Positions 1 through 9,498 of a stretch of 64,000 nucleotides of DNA are shown here, in pieces. Origin of the DNA: Bacteroidota bacterium (lineage in GTDB: Bacteria > Bacteroidota > Bacteroidia > NS11-12g > UBA9320); assembly GCA_002746305.1 (NCBI GenBank), contig NVWV01000002.1, forward strand, positions 43,737 through 107,736, in the 5' to 3' direction. The notes below the pieces were generated by a model. That model saw only the letters and a program-made list of their open reading frames with translations, was not told where the DNA came from and did not search any database. The position numbers and the translations under genes are program-made. Numbering within the stretch: the stretch's first letter is position 1; each line of letters begins with the position of its first letter.

Positions 1-1140
1 TCCACTTGAAGGGCTATGTTCTCTACAATTTCAAGTCCATAACCTATTAAACCTTTACGCTTCTTAGGATTGTTACTCATTAGTTTCATTTTGGTTACTC
101 CCAAGTCTCTAAGAATTTGTGCACCTACACCATAATCACGCTCATCCATTTGGAAACCCAACTCTAAATTAGCTTCTACAGTATCTAGTCCATTTTCTTG
201 AAGCTTATAAGCTTTGAGCTTGTTCAGAAGGCCTATTCCTCGACCTTCTTGATTCATATAGACAATAACCCCTTTACCTTCTTTCTCAATTGCTTGCATC
301 GCTCTATGCAATTGCTCACCACAATCACATCTACAGCTCCCAAAAATGTCCCCAGTGAGACAACTGGAGTGTACTCTTACAAGAATAGGTTCATCCTTAT
401 CCCAAGTTCCTTTTACTAAAGCAAGGTGATCCATACCATTACTTACTTGCTTATAAGCGTATAAATCAAAATCACCAAAGTCTGTTGGCAGATGAACATC
501 AATTTGACGTTCAATTAGGCTTTCATGTTTCAATCTATATTCTATGAGGTCTGCGATAGAAACAATTTTCATGTTGTGTTTCGCAGCCACTTTTACCAAA
601 TTTGGAAGACGAGCCATGGTTCCATCTTCATTCATAATTTCAACAATACAACCTGCGGGCTCAAAACCTGCTAGTCTTGCAAGATCAATTGCGGCTTCTG
701 TATGTCCTGCTCTCCGTAATACTCCCGCGGTTCTTGCTCTTAGCGGAAAAATATGTCCTGGCTTACCCAGTTCTTTAGGGTCAGTTTTAGGATCAACAAG
801 GGCTTGAATGGTCATTGCTCTATCATATGCTGAAATACCTGTACTTGTACCCTTACCGATTAAATCTACGGATACGGTAAATGGAGTTTCGTACTGTGCA
901 GTATTCTTACCTACCATCAGTTCTAGGTCCAATTCTTCACAACGTTCTTCCGTTAATGGTACACAAATAAGTCCACGTCCTTCAGTTGCCATGAAATTAA
1001 CCATTTCAGTAGTTACGTTTCTAGCAGCAGTAAGAAAGTCTCCTTCATTCTCACGATCTTCATCATCTACTACAATAACCATTTTACCATTTTTAATTTC
1101 TTCAATGGCCTCTTCAATGGTGTTCAGTTTAAATTCGCTC
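1..1140 (-). CDS. ribBA: Bifunctional 3,4-dihydroxy-2-butanone-4-phosphate synthase / GTP cyclohydrolase II (RibBA). C-terminus runs off the left edge of the window
   Basis: The minus-strand reading frame is open from the ATG (reverse complement of 1138..1140) to position 1 and is absent from the ORF track because it is partial. Translation starts [37 protein letters not shown], a DHBP-synthase signature. The downstream part carries GTP cyclohydrolase II-like [15 protein letters not shown]. Plus-strand ORFs 198..1200 are antisense shadows. Confidence 0.85.
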
Positions 1141-1292
1141 ATAACAGTGGTACAAAGGTACTATTTCTCTTATGTTCTACTATATTTTGGACATAGATAA
1201 TAACTATTGCACCCTCGTTTTTATTTATGGTCATATCTTGTGTTCTTCACGGATAAGGACATTCTAATCACATTGAAATATTTTACATTTAT

Positions 1293-1306
1293 CCTTTGGC
1301 CAAAGG
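1293..1306. promoter_or_regulatory. Perfect 14-nt palindrome CCTTTGGCCAAAGG in the divergent ribBA / glycosyltransferase intergenic region
   Basis: Read directly from the sequence: cctttggccaaagg equals its own reverse complement. It lies between two divergently transcribed genes, so it is a candidate operator or hairpin. No known motif assigned. Confidence 0.3.
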
Positions 1307-1406
1307 AGTAAGCCAAAAGAAAAGATTTTTTAATAAATCAAAGTTTTAGGTGCAGGATGCCAATTGAGTTATGTTTTAATAACTCAGGATTCTTTTCTTT
1401 GCATCC

Positions 1407-2588
1407 TTGAACATCCTATTTTTAGCAAATCGATTCCCGTATCCTCCTTTTCGTGGGGATAAGCTGAAAATTTATAACCTTACTCGACGTTTAGCAAAAA
1501 AACATGATTTGTATTTAGTTACATTTTATGAGGATAGGAATGAGTTAGACTACCTCAAGGAGATTAAACCTTTTTTTAAGGAAATAGAACTGGTGTATTT
1601 ACCTAAATGGAAATCGGTCCTAAATGGAATTCCAGCATTGTTCAGTTCTATGCCTTTGCAAATGGCTTACTTCAAGAGTTCCAAGATGAAAAGAATGGTT
1701 CAATTTGCAATTGAACAGTATAATATTGATGTGATTCACACCCAGCATTTGCGTATGAGTCAATACACGAAAGATGTAGATCTACCTAAAATATTGGATT
1801 TACCTGATGCGTTTTCATTGTATTTCAAGAGAAGAAACCAAACCGAAAGACCCTTTATTAATCGTTTAATTGACAATATCGAAATTGGAAGGTTGGCTAA
1901 GGCCGAGGGCGTTATAACCAAGTATAACAAGACATTGGTATGCTCCGTAGAAGACCAGAAGTATCTTGAAAAGCTTCACAAAACAGATAACATAGATTTG
2001 TTATTGAATGGTGTGGATTTAGAGACTTTTGATGTTGGAGATGGACATATCTATACACATCATAAGGTACTTCTATTTACCGGAAATATGGATTATGCAC
2101 CCAATGTAGATGGCGTGCAGTACTTTGTAAAGGAAATGTGGCCAGAGATTTCCAAAGCAAATCCAGATACGCAGTTCATTATTGCTGGACAACGACCTGT
2201 AGAGGCTGTTAAGAAATTAGCCAATGATAGAATTACTGTTACTGGTTTTATTCCAGATCTAAGGGATATGTATGCAGAAGCGAGTGTTGTGATAGCTCCT
2301 TTGAGGTTTGGAGCAGGAACTCAAAATAAAGTCCTTGAGGCTATGGCTATGGGTGTTCCAACTGTTTGTACACATATTGGATTCGAAGGACTCCAGATTG
2401 CAAGTGGGGATGGTGTAATTATGGCCAAGGAAAAAGAAAAGTTCATCAAGGAGGTGAATATCTTGTTGTCTGATCCTGTAAAGCGTAAAGAAGTAGGAGA
2501 GAAGGGGCTAGTAATTGCCCGAAGTCGATTTAGTTGGGATCGAATAGCAGAAAAACTAGAGAAGTATCTAATCGAAGTTAGTTCTTAA
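1407..2588 (+). CDS. Glycosyltransferase family 4 (GT-B, RfaG-like), TTG start
   Basis: 393 aa, translated from the six-frame ORF track as for every entry below. The C-terminal half has the GT4/GT1 pattern (VLLFTGNMDYAPNVDGV ... EASVVIAPLRFGAGTQNKVLEAMAMGVPTV). The frame opens after a stop at 1380..1382, and TTG at 1407 is the only plausible start. Confidence 0.8.
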   Translation: MNILFLANRFPYPPFRGDKLKIYNLTRRLAKKHDLYLVTFYEDRNELDYLKEIKPFFKEIELVYLPKWKSVLNGIPALFSSMPLQMAYFKSSKMKRMVQFAIEQYNIDVIHTQHLRMSQYTKDVDLPKILDLPDAFSLYFKRRNQTERPFINRLIDNIEIGRLAKAEGVITKYNKTLVCSVEDQKYLEKLHKTDNIDLLLNGVDLETFDVGDGHIYTHHKVLLFTGNMDYAPNVDGVQYFVKEMWPEISKANPDTQFIIAGQRPVEAVKKLANDRITVTGFIPDLRDMYAEASVVIAPLRFGAGTQNKVLEAMAMGVPTVCTHIGFEGLQIASGDGVIMAKEKEKFIKEVNILLSDPVKRKEVGEKGLVIARSRFSWDRIAEKLEKYLIEVSS

Positions 2589-2720
2589 TAGAGACCTTGT
2601 CAGTGATAGTCTAAATTACAGTTTCATTTGCCTTCAAAGACATCTATATCTATACTTTAAGATAGGTTCTGTATATCCTAATTGGAATAAAATTAGGTTT
2701 ATTGTAACCTTTTTGGTTTT

Positions 2721-4943
2721 TTGCATTACAGATATATGAGGCTTCTATTATTTGGTGTTTTACTTGCTATCTGCCTATTTTCATTTGGGCAAAGGAAAAA
2801 GGACGAACGAAAGTTGACTTTTTTACTGGATAAAGAAGTAACCTCATTGAGTCTAGACTGTGAGTATGAGAACTGCAGAGCCTTCCTATATAATGTTCAT
2901 CACTTTAAAAATTTAGAAAGTCTCAAACTGGTCAATTTAAAAAACTCATTTTCTCTTGAGAACCTACAGTATCTTATTAGCTTAGAGGCTATTGACTTAA
3001 TTAATCCCAAAGGATTTGATTTGAAAAAACAGGTGAAATATTTGGAATCTATATCCAATCTAAGACATCTTTCCATAGTCATCAAAGATAGAAACATCTG
3101 GGATAGTTATAAATACAAAAAGAGAAGCGTTAAGTATAAAAGAAAGGTAGCTCGGGTCGCAAATAAAAGGGCAAAAAAGAAAAGCGGACTGGACAACTTA
3201 CCTGCCTTGACATACTTAGAACTTAGGGGGTTCGCATTAGGGGAAAAGTATTTTTTAGACGAGGTAAACGGTCTTAGGAATTTGGATACATTTATAGCTA
3301 TAGACATAGGTGTAAATTTAGCGTGGTGCAGGGATCTAGCTTTGGACACTCTCTCTTACCTAGAAGTAAATCCCAATCCAAATATACTCAATCGGCAATA
3401 TCCAAAGAATCTTAGGTTAGGTACACTCAAGGTGGTAAGCCCTGATGAATTAAATAAATCTGGACGGACTGAGAAACAACTTCGTGATTCCAAGTATCAA
3501 AATTATGGTCTTTTTGAAACAGATTACATGTACCCCACCAATAGTTATTTTGATTACCCACTTGTGAACGAATATTATGAACATGCTTATTCATGGTATT
3601 ATAAAATTCCGAATCATCTAGAAATAGATACCATAAAGACTAATGATACACTGACAAAAGCGACGTATTTTGGAAGTTTAAAGACTGGCGATGATAGTAC
3701 CAAGCTTAAAGTTTTATCTCCTGCATATTTGGAGTACCCTGAGTTTATGAAAGGCAGGCGTTTTAATCATTGGGATACCACATCTTACAGCAATAGGAGA
3801 GGCAATTTAAACTATGCCAATGGTGATCTGATTCCGTACCAATGGGATTTAGAAAATTCACCAAAATATTACTCCAACCGGAAAATGAAACGATATGTTA
3901 AGGACTATCAAGCTTACCTTACTATAGAGCCAATCCGAAAGGTAAAGGATAAAGAGATATTCAAGATTAAAAGTTTGAAGAGAGAAAAATTAATAGAGCA
4001 AGGAGTCTTTAAGTTTAGAAGAAATGAAAATTTCAACAACTTAAGTTTCTTTAGTAACAAGTCTTTCTCGTTTAATAACCTATCTCCTGAGGAGCAAAAA
4101 AGAATTGCTTCTAAAAGTATATTGGATGCTTGGTTTTCGGTTGATTCAATATATGAGACTTTTACCTTGCATGTAAAGACTATCACAGAAATTCAAGACT
4201 ACGATATTACCTTATGGCAAAAAAATGGAGATAGTTTAAATCTGAAGTGGGATCGCGTATTTGATCGATACGAACGTCTCGCTGGTAAGATAAATCGACG
4301 TTCTGATGCAAAAAGCATTAGATGGAAAAGGAGCTATATGGGTAGGGTTGCTCCAAATTTTAGATATTTCAGTAAAACACTTTTTCATAAGAAATCCCAA
4401 GAATATAAAATGTCAGAGAAGGAGTGGAAGTCTTATTACAATGAAGTAATGGACAATGAACTTGCTACTTTACTGAATACAAATGTAAGTGTGTCATTAC
4501 TACCTCGGGTACTTGAACTTGAAGGAATACAAGAACTATCACTGTATTCTTGGAGAAAGCAATACAAGGGTATAGATCTGATTTATAAAGCTTTTGACTA
4601 TTCACAAACAGATTCTCTTTGGTCTCAACCAAACGAGATAATTGTGTTTGATAGGAATTTGAAAACATGTACCAAGTTTAAGGCTAATTATAGATGGAAG
4701 GATGATGATTACTCTTCGTACAATGAATTTAGGAACCCATATAAAAGTAGCAAGTTAATTCTAGAGCAATATTTCTATGTACCGCATACTAACTTAGAGG
4801 ATGTCACTATACTAGTGCTTTTCGACAATGGAAGTTTTGCAATAGTGGAAGATGGACGGAGGACCTTGGATGCAACGATTTCAGCGGAAGTTATGCCTCC
4901 TGGTTTAGTGAATTTTAGAACCTTGGTACAATTCCTGAATTAA
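2721..4943 (+). CDS. Secreted 740-aa hypothetical protein with N-terminal leucine-rich-repeat-like segments and a lysine-rich insert. No recognisable catalytic motif
   Basis: N-terminal signal peptide MRLLLFGVLLAICLFSFGQ. LRR-like LxxLxLxxN segments (LESLKLVNLKNSFSLENLQYLISLEAIDL, LPALTYLELRGFAL). A basic insert KYKKRSVKYKRKVARVANKRAKKKSG. Composition rich in K/N/Y. Lies 46 nt upstream of an ECF sigma gene. Confidence 0.6.
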   Translation: MHYRYMRLLLFGVLLAICLFSFGQRKKDERKLTFLLDKEVTSLSLDCEYENCRAFLYNVHHFKNLESLKLVNLKNSFSLENLQYLISLEAIDLINPKGFDLKKQVKYLESISNLRHLSIVIKDRNIWDSYKYKKRSVKYKRKVARVANKRAKKKSGLDNLPALTYLELRGFALGEKYFLDEVNGLRNLDTFIAIDIGVNLAWCRDLALDTLSYLEVNPNPNILNRQYPKNLRLGTLKVVSPDELNKSGRTEKQLRDSKYQNYGLFETDYMYPTNSYFDYPLVNEYYEHAYSWYYKIPNHLEIDTIKTNDTLTKATYFGSLKTGDDSTKLKVLSPAYLEYPEFMKGRRFNHWDTTSYSNRRGNLNYANGDLIPYQWDLENSPKYYSNRKMKRYVKDYQAYLTIEPIRKVKDKEIFKIKSLKREKLIEQGVFKFRRNENFNNLSFFSNKSFSFNNLSPEEQKRIASKSILDAWFSVDSIYETFTLHVKTITEIQDYDITLWQKNGDSLNLKWDRVFDRYERLAGKINRRSDAKSIRWKRSYMGRVAPNFRYFSKTLFHKKSQEYKMSEKEWKSYYNEVMDNELATLLNTNVSVSLLPRVLELEGIQELSLYSWRKQYKGIDLIYKAFDYSQTDSLWSQPNEIIVFDRNLKTCTKFKANYRWKDDDYSSYNEFRNPYKSSKLILEQYFYVPHTNLEDVTILVLFDNGSFAIVEDGRRTLDATISAEVMPPGLVNFRTLVQFLN

Positions 4944-4989
4944 TGCTGTAACCTTTTTAGGAAACTGCATTATACTAGTAAATAAACCT

Positions 4990-5538
4990 ATGATAAAACA
5001 AAAAGTAATAACACCAGAGGAGGAGTACGAGATAGTCCTTGCAGCATTGAAAAATCCTGCTGAATTTAGAATTCTGTATGATTTACATTATACCGCCATT
5101 TTTAGGTTTGTTCATAGCAGGGTTTCTGATATTAATGCTGTTGCTGATGTAGTAAGTGATGTGTTCTACTCTGCACTTACCAAATTAAGCACTTATAGTT
5201 ATAAGGGGTATTCAATAAAGTCTTGGCTGTATAAGATTGCATATAATCAAATAATGAGTCTGTATAGAAGCGAGAGTAAGATAAGAACAGTAAGCTTAGA
5301 TACAGAAGATTTAGAAACATTGGCAGACGATGGAGAATCTAGAAGTTTTTTAGATCTTGATGTACTCAAACGGGGATTAAATCAACTTTCAGATGAAGAC
5401 TTAAGCCTTGTGGAAATGAAGTATTTTGAAAAAATATCGTACAGAGAAATGGGACAAATACTTGGAATTACAGAAGTGAATGCCAAGGTGAAAACGCATA
5501 GAGTAATAAAGAAGCTTAGAGGATTAATAGTGAAATAA
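4990..5538 (+). CDS. RNA polymerase ECF-type sigma-70 factor
   Basis: 182 aa. The region-2-like YDLHYTAIFRFVHSRVSDINAVADVVSDVFYSAL and the region-4 HTH ISYREMGQILGITEVNAKVKTHRVIKKLR are typical of sigma-70 ECF proteins. Confidence 0.85.
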   Translation: MIKQKVITPEEEYEIVLAALKNPAEFRILYDLHYTAIFRFVHSRVSDINAVADVVSDVFYSALTKLSTYSYKGYSIKSWLYKIAYNQIMSLYRSESKIRTVSLDTEDLETLADDGESRSFLDLDVLKRGLNQLSDEDLSLVEMKYFEKISYREMGQILGITEVNAKVKTHRVIKKLRGLIVK

Positions 5539-5545
5539 TAAGGAA

Positions 5546-7180
5546 ATGAAACAAAGAAATTATAACATAGATAAGACTCCAATTTCAGATTCGGAGATCA
5601 ATAAATTCAAAGACTTTGATAGTGTTTTGGATAAGGTCAATAATGGACCTATTAATCCAGAGGGAAATCAGAACTTTGACTTGAGCAATTTGTTAAAACT
5701 GGGTAAGAACTTTTTAATAGCGGCAAGTGCTGTAACAGCGGCTTGGTTTGGCTTTAATAAGTTGACAGATGGCAATATAGAAAACAAAGAGAGTAGTGTC
5801 ACCACGATTACTCAAGAAGTGAAATATAGTATTAGGCCACCAATTAAAGGTGCAGATGTAGCATATGAAAGCTTTGAAATCAATGCTCAAGAAGATATTA
5901 TAATAACCACATCCAATGAATCTACGTATGAGATAAAGAGAAACTCATTCAGAACACAAGAGGGAGAAGTGGTGAGAGGAGAGATGGTAGTGAAAATTCG
6001 CGAATTTCATGACCCCATAAGTGTGTTTAGATCAGGAATCCCAATGAGCTATGATTCTGCAGGAATTCAATATACTTTTGAATCTGCAGGTATGTTCCAG
6101 ATGGTTGCAGAGCAAAATGGCGTAGCTCTAAGCTCTGTTTTAGACAATCCAATTAAAGTAGACTTAGCAAGTGGCAATGGTAGTGATGAGTTTAATAATT
6201 ATTATTTTGATACCGATAAAGGAGAGTGGGAATATTTAGAAAAAAGTCAAGTAGTTAAATTGATGGATTCAGTGTCTAGCCATGAAGAGATTGTCATGGA
6301 TGAATTATATAATATTGATTTGCTCCATGAACCCGTAAAACCAGAGCCCATTGGTTTTCCTAAAGTACTGCAAAATAAATATGCCTTCACAGTTGACTTT
6401 GACAGAACAAAATTTCCTGAATTATCTTCAGATGTAGTATTTCAGGTAGATGAGACCATATCAGATTTTTCAGCGATGTATTATGATGTTAACTGGGAAT
6501 CTGTTGAGTTAGAGAGAAGTACCAATGACAATAGATATACGGCTCATCTCAATAAAGGGAGCACACAACTAGAAGTGGAGTGTTTTTCTGCTTTACCAGT
6601 AGATGTATATGCTAAACTAAAAGCAGAGTATGACGCATCAGTTAAAAAGTACCATGCAGATTATCTAGTCTATACAAATTCACAGAAGGTAATACAAGAA
6701 CAAAGAATCATAGAAGAATCAAGGTTTAACAAGGCTTTACGAAAAACAGAAGGTCAGACCAAAGAGAAGTTGGTTTCAAACAAAAGGTTTAGAAGAAGAT
6801 TCTCTGTTACTCGGCTTGGAGGTTTCAATGCAGATCATCCAATGCCACCCATTAGTATTAGTTATTCATATCTTGGAGATTTCAGTGAGAAAGTAACAGC
6901 GAAGTTAAGACTTGACAGAAAGGTATTAAGGCCGATGAGTCTAAGTAATATAGTAGGGGATAGAAACTTAGTATTGAATAGAGGAAAACTCGGAGAGGTT
7001 GCTTATTCTAAAGAACAAACCAACATCATGTGGGCGTTATTGCCAGGAGAGAGGATAGCCATTGCAAATTCCGAGGATTTTAATGAAATAGATGGAAAGG
7101 AACATCTGTTTCACATGACAGCCTATGATGGACTTGAAGGTTTGGAGATTTTGGAGGAAATGTTTGCAGAAGCCGAATAA
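5546..7180 (+). CDS. 544-aa hypothetical protein with anti-sigma-like topology (about 50-aa cytoplasmic N-terminus, one TM helix, large extracytoplasmic domain). No known domain
   Basis: Starts 8 nt after the ECF sigma stop. A single hydrophobic stretch LGKNFLIAASAVTAAWFGF sits at residues ~52-70. There is no zinc-finger anti-sigma motif, and the rest is unrecognised. Confidence 0.55.
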   Translation: MKQRNYNIDKTPISDSEINKFKDFDSVLDKVNNGPINPEGNQNFDLSNLLKLGKNFLIAASAVTAAWFGFNKLTDGNIENKESSVTTITQEVKYSIRPPIKGADVAYESFEINAQEDIIITTSNESTYEIKRNSFRTQEGEVVRGEMVVKIREFHDPISVFRSGIPMSYDSAGIQYTFESAGMFQMVAEQNGVALSSVLDNPIKVDLASGNGSDEFNNYYFDTDKGEWEYLEKSQVVKLMDSVSSHEEIVMDELYNIDLLHEPVKPEPIGFPKVLQNKYAFTVDFDRTKFPELSSDVVFQVDETISDFSAMYYDVNWESVELERSTNDNRYTAHLNKGSTQLEVECFSALPVDVYAKLKAEYDASVKKYHADYLVYTNSQKVIQEQRIIEESRFNKALRKTEGQTKEKLVSNKRFRRRFSVTRLGGFNADHPMPPISISYSYLGDFSEKVTAKLRLDRKVLRPMSLSNIVGDRNLVLNRGKLGEVAYSKEQTNIMWALLPGERIAIANSEDFNEIDGKEHLFHMTAYDGLEGLEILEEMFAEAE

Positions 7181-7201
7181 TCTGTAGAACATTTGATGTA
7201 T

Positions 7202-7234
7202 AAAAAAAGCACCCATTTTTGATGGGTGCTTTTA
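7202..7234. terminator. Bidirectional rho-independent terminator between two convergent genes
   Basis: aaaaaaa-GCACCCAT-ttttg-ATGGGTGC-tttt. A perfect 8-9 bp stem is flanked by an A-run on one side and a T-run on the other. Confidence 0.7.
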
Positions 7235-7252
7235 AGTATTTTTTATTGAAGC

Positions 7253-7555
7253 TTATGCACTTAACAAATCTCTAAAACGGTCTTTGTTTGCATATACAAG
7301 TACTAATGCAAGTACAAGACCCATAATTGCTCCTCCAGCGTTTGCCGCTGTATCCATTAAAATATGGAAAAGAGCAGCATTTAGCATGATAGCAACAGCA
7401 AAGGTTAATGCCAATGGCATGTATTTACCTACCAATAGAAGTACTCCACAAGCAATTTCGAGTACTGCAATTATGGTCATAAAATTAGATGACATCATTG
7501 CTCCCATAACTGTTCCCATTGTTTCTGAGATATCAGGTGGTGGCATGAAATGCAT
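7253..7555 (-). CDS. DoxX-family membrane protein. The N-terminal helix appears to lie in a different frame (7564..7629), so this is a possible frameshift or pseudogene
   Basis: The 100-aa ORF has DoxX-like TM helices. Upstream on the minus strand, in another frame, ATG at 7629 encodes MNQKVTMVIRILLGLFISFSD-stop, a canonical DoxX N-terminus. The main frame continues ...GLNKFMHFMPPPD. The two would join with a 1-nt indel near 7568..7572. Confidence 0.65.
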   Translation of the reverse strand: MHFMPPPDISETMGTVMGAMMSSNFMTIIAVLEIACGVLLLVGKYMPLALTFAVAIMLNAALFHILMDTAANAGGAIMGLVLALVLVYANKDRFRDLLSA

Positions 7556-7732
7556 GAATTTGTTTAGTCCGAAAATGAGATAAATAGACCCAAAAGAATG
7601 CGGATTACCATTGTAACTTTTTGATTCATAATTTTAATTTTTTGGTTTAAATGAATCACAATATAGTTAAATGAGTGTACATACATTCATTTAATAGAAA
7701 AAGGAAAGCGTGAATAAGTCTTACTTAAAGTT

Positions 7733-9334
7733 TCACTTGTTCTCCAAAACAGCCTTCACAAACCGTACAAATAGTGGGTGAGGAGCGTCCACCGTACTTT
7801 TAAGTTCAGGGTGATATTGAACACCTACAAACCAAGGATGATCTGGGATTTCAATTACTTCTACCAGGTCATTGTCAGGATTAATACCTACTGCTTTCAT
7901 CCCTTTTTTCTCAAATTTCTTGAGATATTTACTATTGAATTCGTACCTATGCCTGTGCCGTTCGGAAATTATTTGTTTACCATAGGCAGTATATGATTTT
8001 GAGCCCTTTTCGAGTTTACATTTATATGCACCCAGACGCATGGTACCTCCTTTTTGACTAATATCTTTTTGATTCTCCATTAAATCAATGACTGGATTCT
8101 TGGTATCCTTCATTTCAGCACTGTGTGCATCTTCAATACCCAATACATTCCGTGCATATTCAATAACAGCGCATTGCATGCCTAAGCAGATTCCAAAGAA
8201 AGGAATCTTGTTTTCTCTCAAGTATTTAATAGTACTAATTTTTCCTTCAATACCTCTATCCCCAAATCCAGGAGCAACAAGTATTCCGTCAAACCCTTTT
8301 AGTTTTTCAATGACATTATCTTCGTTAATGTTCTCTGACGCAATAAGTTTTAGATGCACCTTACATTCATTTATTGCACCTGCATGAATAAATGCTTCAA
8401 TAATGGATTTATAAGCGTCTGGTAGTTCAACATACTTGCCTACTAGACCAATACTTATTTCATCTTTTGGATGTTTAAGTTTGAATAAGAAATCTTTCCA
8501 GGTATCTAAATCTGCTTCACTGTTAGAGGGTAATCTTAACTTAGCAAGTACTACTTTATCCAATTTTTCCTTTTCCATAAGTAGAGGAACCTCATATATG
8601 GTGGAAGCGTCGATACTTTCAATAACGGCATTCTGGTTTACATTACAGAATAAGGAAATCTTGTTTCTAACCTCTTTACTCAATTTATGCTCGGTCCTAC
8701 ATACCAGTATATCTGGTTGAACACCAGCTTCTAGAAGTTTTTGAACGGAGTGTTGTGTAGGTTTGGTCTTTAGCTCACCTGCCGCTGCTAGATAAGGAAC
8801 TAGTGTAAGATGAATTACAACAGAATCATCACTCCCAAGCTTACGTTTCAATTGACGTACAGACTCCACATAGGGGAGAGACTCAATATCACCAACAGTA
8901 CCACCTAGCTCAGTGATTACAATGTCGTAATCTCCACTATCTCCTAGAATTTTCATTCTACGTTGGATTTCGTCTGTTACATGTGGAATGATTTGAACCG
9001 TTTTACCCAAATATTTACCCTCACGTTCGTTGTTTATTACGGTTTGATAAACTCGTCCAGTAGTAACATTATTGGCTTGAGATGTTGGTACATTAAGGAA
9101 ACGCTCATAATGACCTAAATCTAAGTCCGTTTCTGCTCCATCATCAGTTACGTAACATTCTCCATGTTCATACGGATTCATTGTCCCTGGATCTACATTT
9201 AGGTAAGGGTCGAATTTTTGGATAGTTACTCGGTAACCTCGCTTCTGCAAAAGCTTAGCAAGCGATGCAGATATTATTCCTTTTCCCAAAGAAGATGTAA
9301 CTCCGCCAGTGACGAATACGTATTTTGTGTCCAT
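7733..9334 (-). CDS. pyrG: CTP synthase
   Basis: 533 aa. N-terminus [29 protein letters not shown] with the synthetase-domain P-loop-like motif. C-terminal glutamine amidotransferase motifs GICLGMQ and HPEL-type catalytic residues. Confidence 0.97.
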   Translation of the reverse strand: MDTKYVFVTGGVTSSLGKGIISASLAKLLQKRGYRVTIQKFDPYLNVDPGTMNPYEHGECYVTDDGAETDLDLGHYERFLNVPTSQANNVTTGRVYQTVINNEREGKYLGKTVQIIPHVTDEIQRRMKILGDSGDYDIVITELGGTVGDIESLPYVESVRQLKRKLGSDDSVVIHLTLVPYLAAAGELKTKPTQHSVQKLLEAGVQPDILVCRTEHKLSKEVRNKISLFCNVNQNAVIESIDASTIYEVPLLMEKEKLDKVVLAKLRLPSNSEADLDTWKDFLFKLKHPKDEISIGLVGKYVELPDAYKSIIEAFIHAGAINECKVHLKLIASENINEDNVIEKLKGFDGILVAPGFGDRGIEGKISTIKYLRENKIPFFGICLGMQCAVIEYARNVLGIEDAHSAEMKDTKNPVIDLMENQKDISQKGGTMRLGAYKCKLEKGSKSYTAYGKQIISERHRHRYEFNSKYLKKFEKKGMKAVGINPDNDLVEVIEIPDHPWFVGVQYHPELKSTVDAPHPLFVRFVKAVLENK

Positions 9335-9368
9335 AAATTTTTAATATTATTTGATTTGTTCAATAAGG

Positions 9369-9414
9369 AAAAAAGAACGTCTAAAAGACGAAAGACTCCC
9401 CGTATCCGTACGGG
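9369..9414 (-). promoter_or_regulatory. Two stem-loops in the 164-nt leader upstream of pyrG. The first is terminator-like on the minus strand (hairpin CGTCT/AGACG followed by a T-run), the second is CCCGTA-tccg-TACGGG
   Basis: Read from the sequence. On the minus strand the hairpin at 9378..9390 is followed by ttcttttttcc. It sits only ~35 nt upstream of the pyrG ATG. It therefore either terminates the upstream 121-aa gene or acts as a leader attenuator. Confidence 0.35.
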
Positions 9415-9498
9415 TAACAAAAGTAAGCCAAAGCGTACTGCAAATGATGAATCCTTGATTTTTGGATGTCAATATGTTTTCAACACAATACATTTTGA

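Noticed and set aside
198-1200. Three plus-strand ORFs (198..419, 544..807, 808..1200) in the ORF track
   Set aside because: They lie antisense to a long, uninterrupted minus-strand frame with unmistakable RibBA motifs. They are shadow ORFs.
1141-1560. FMN riboswitch upstream of ribBA (the GGATGCAAAGAAAAG string resembles the riboswitch 3' box)
   Set aside because: The other conserved RFN boxes (GGGCAGGGTGAAATTCCC, ACCGGCGGTA) are absent on the leader strand, and the match would extend into the GT4 coding region.
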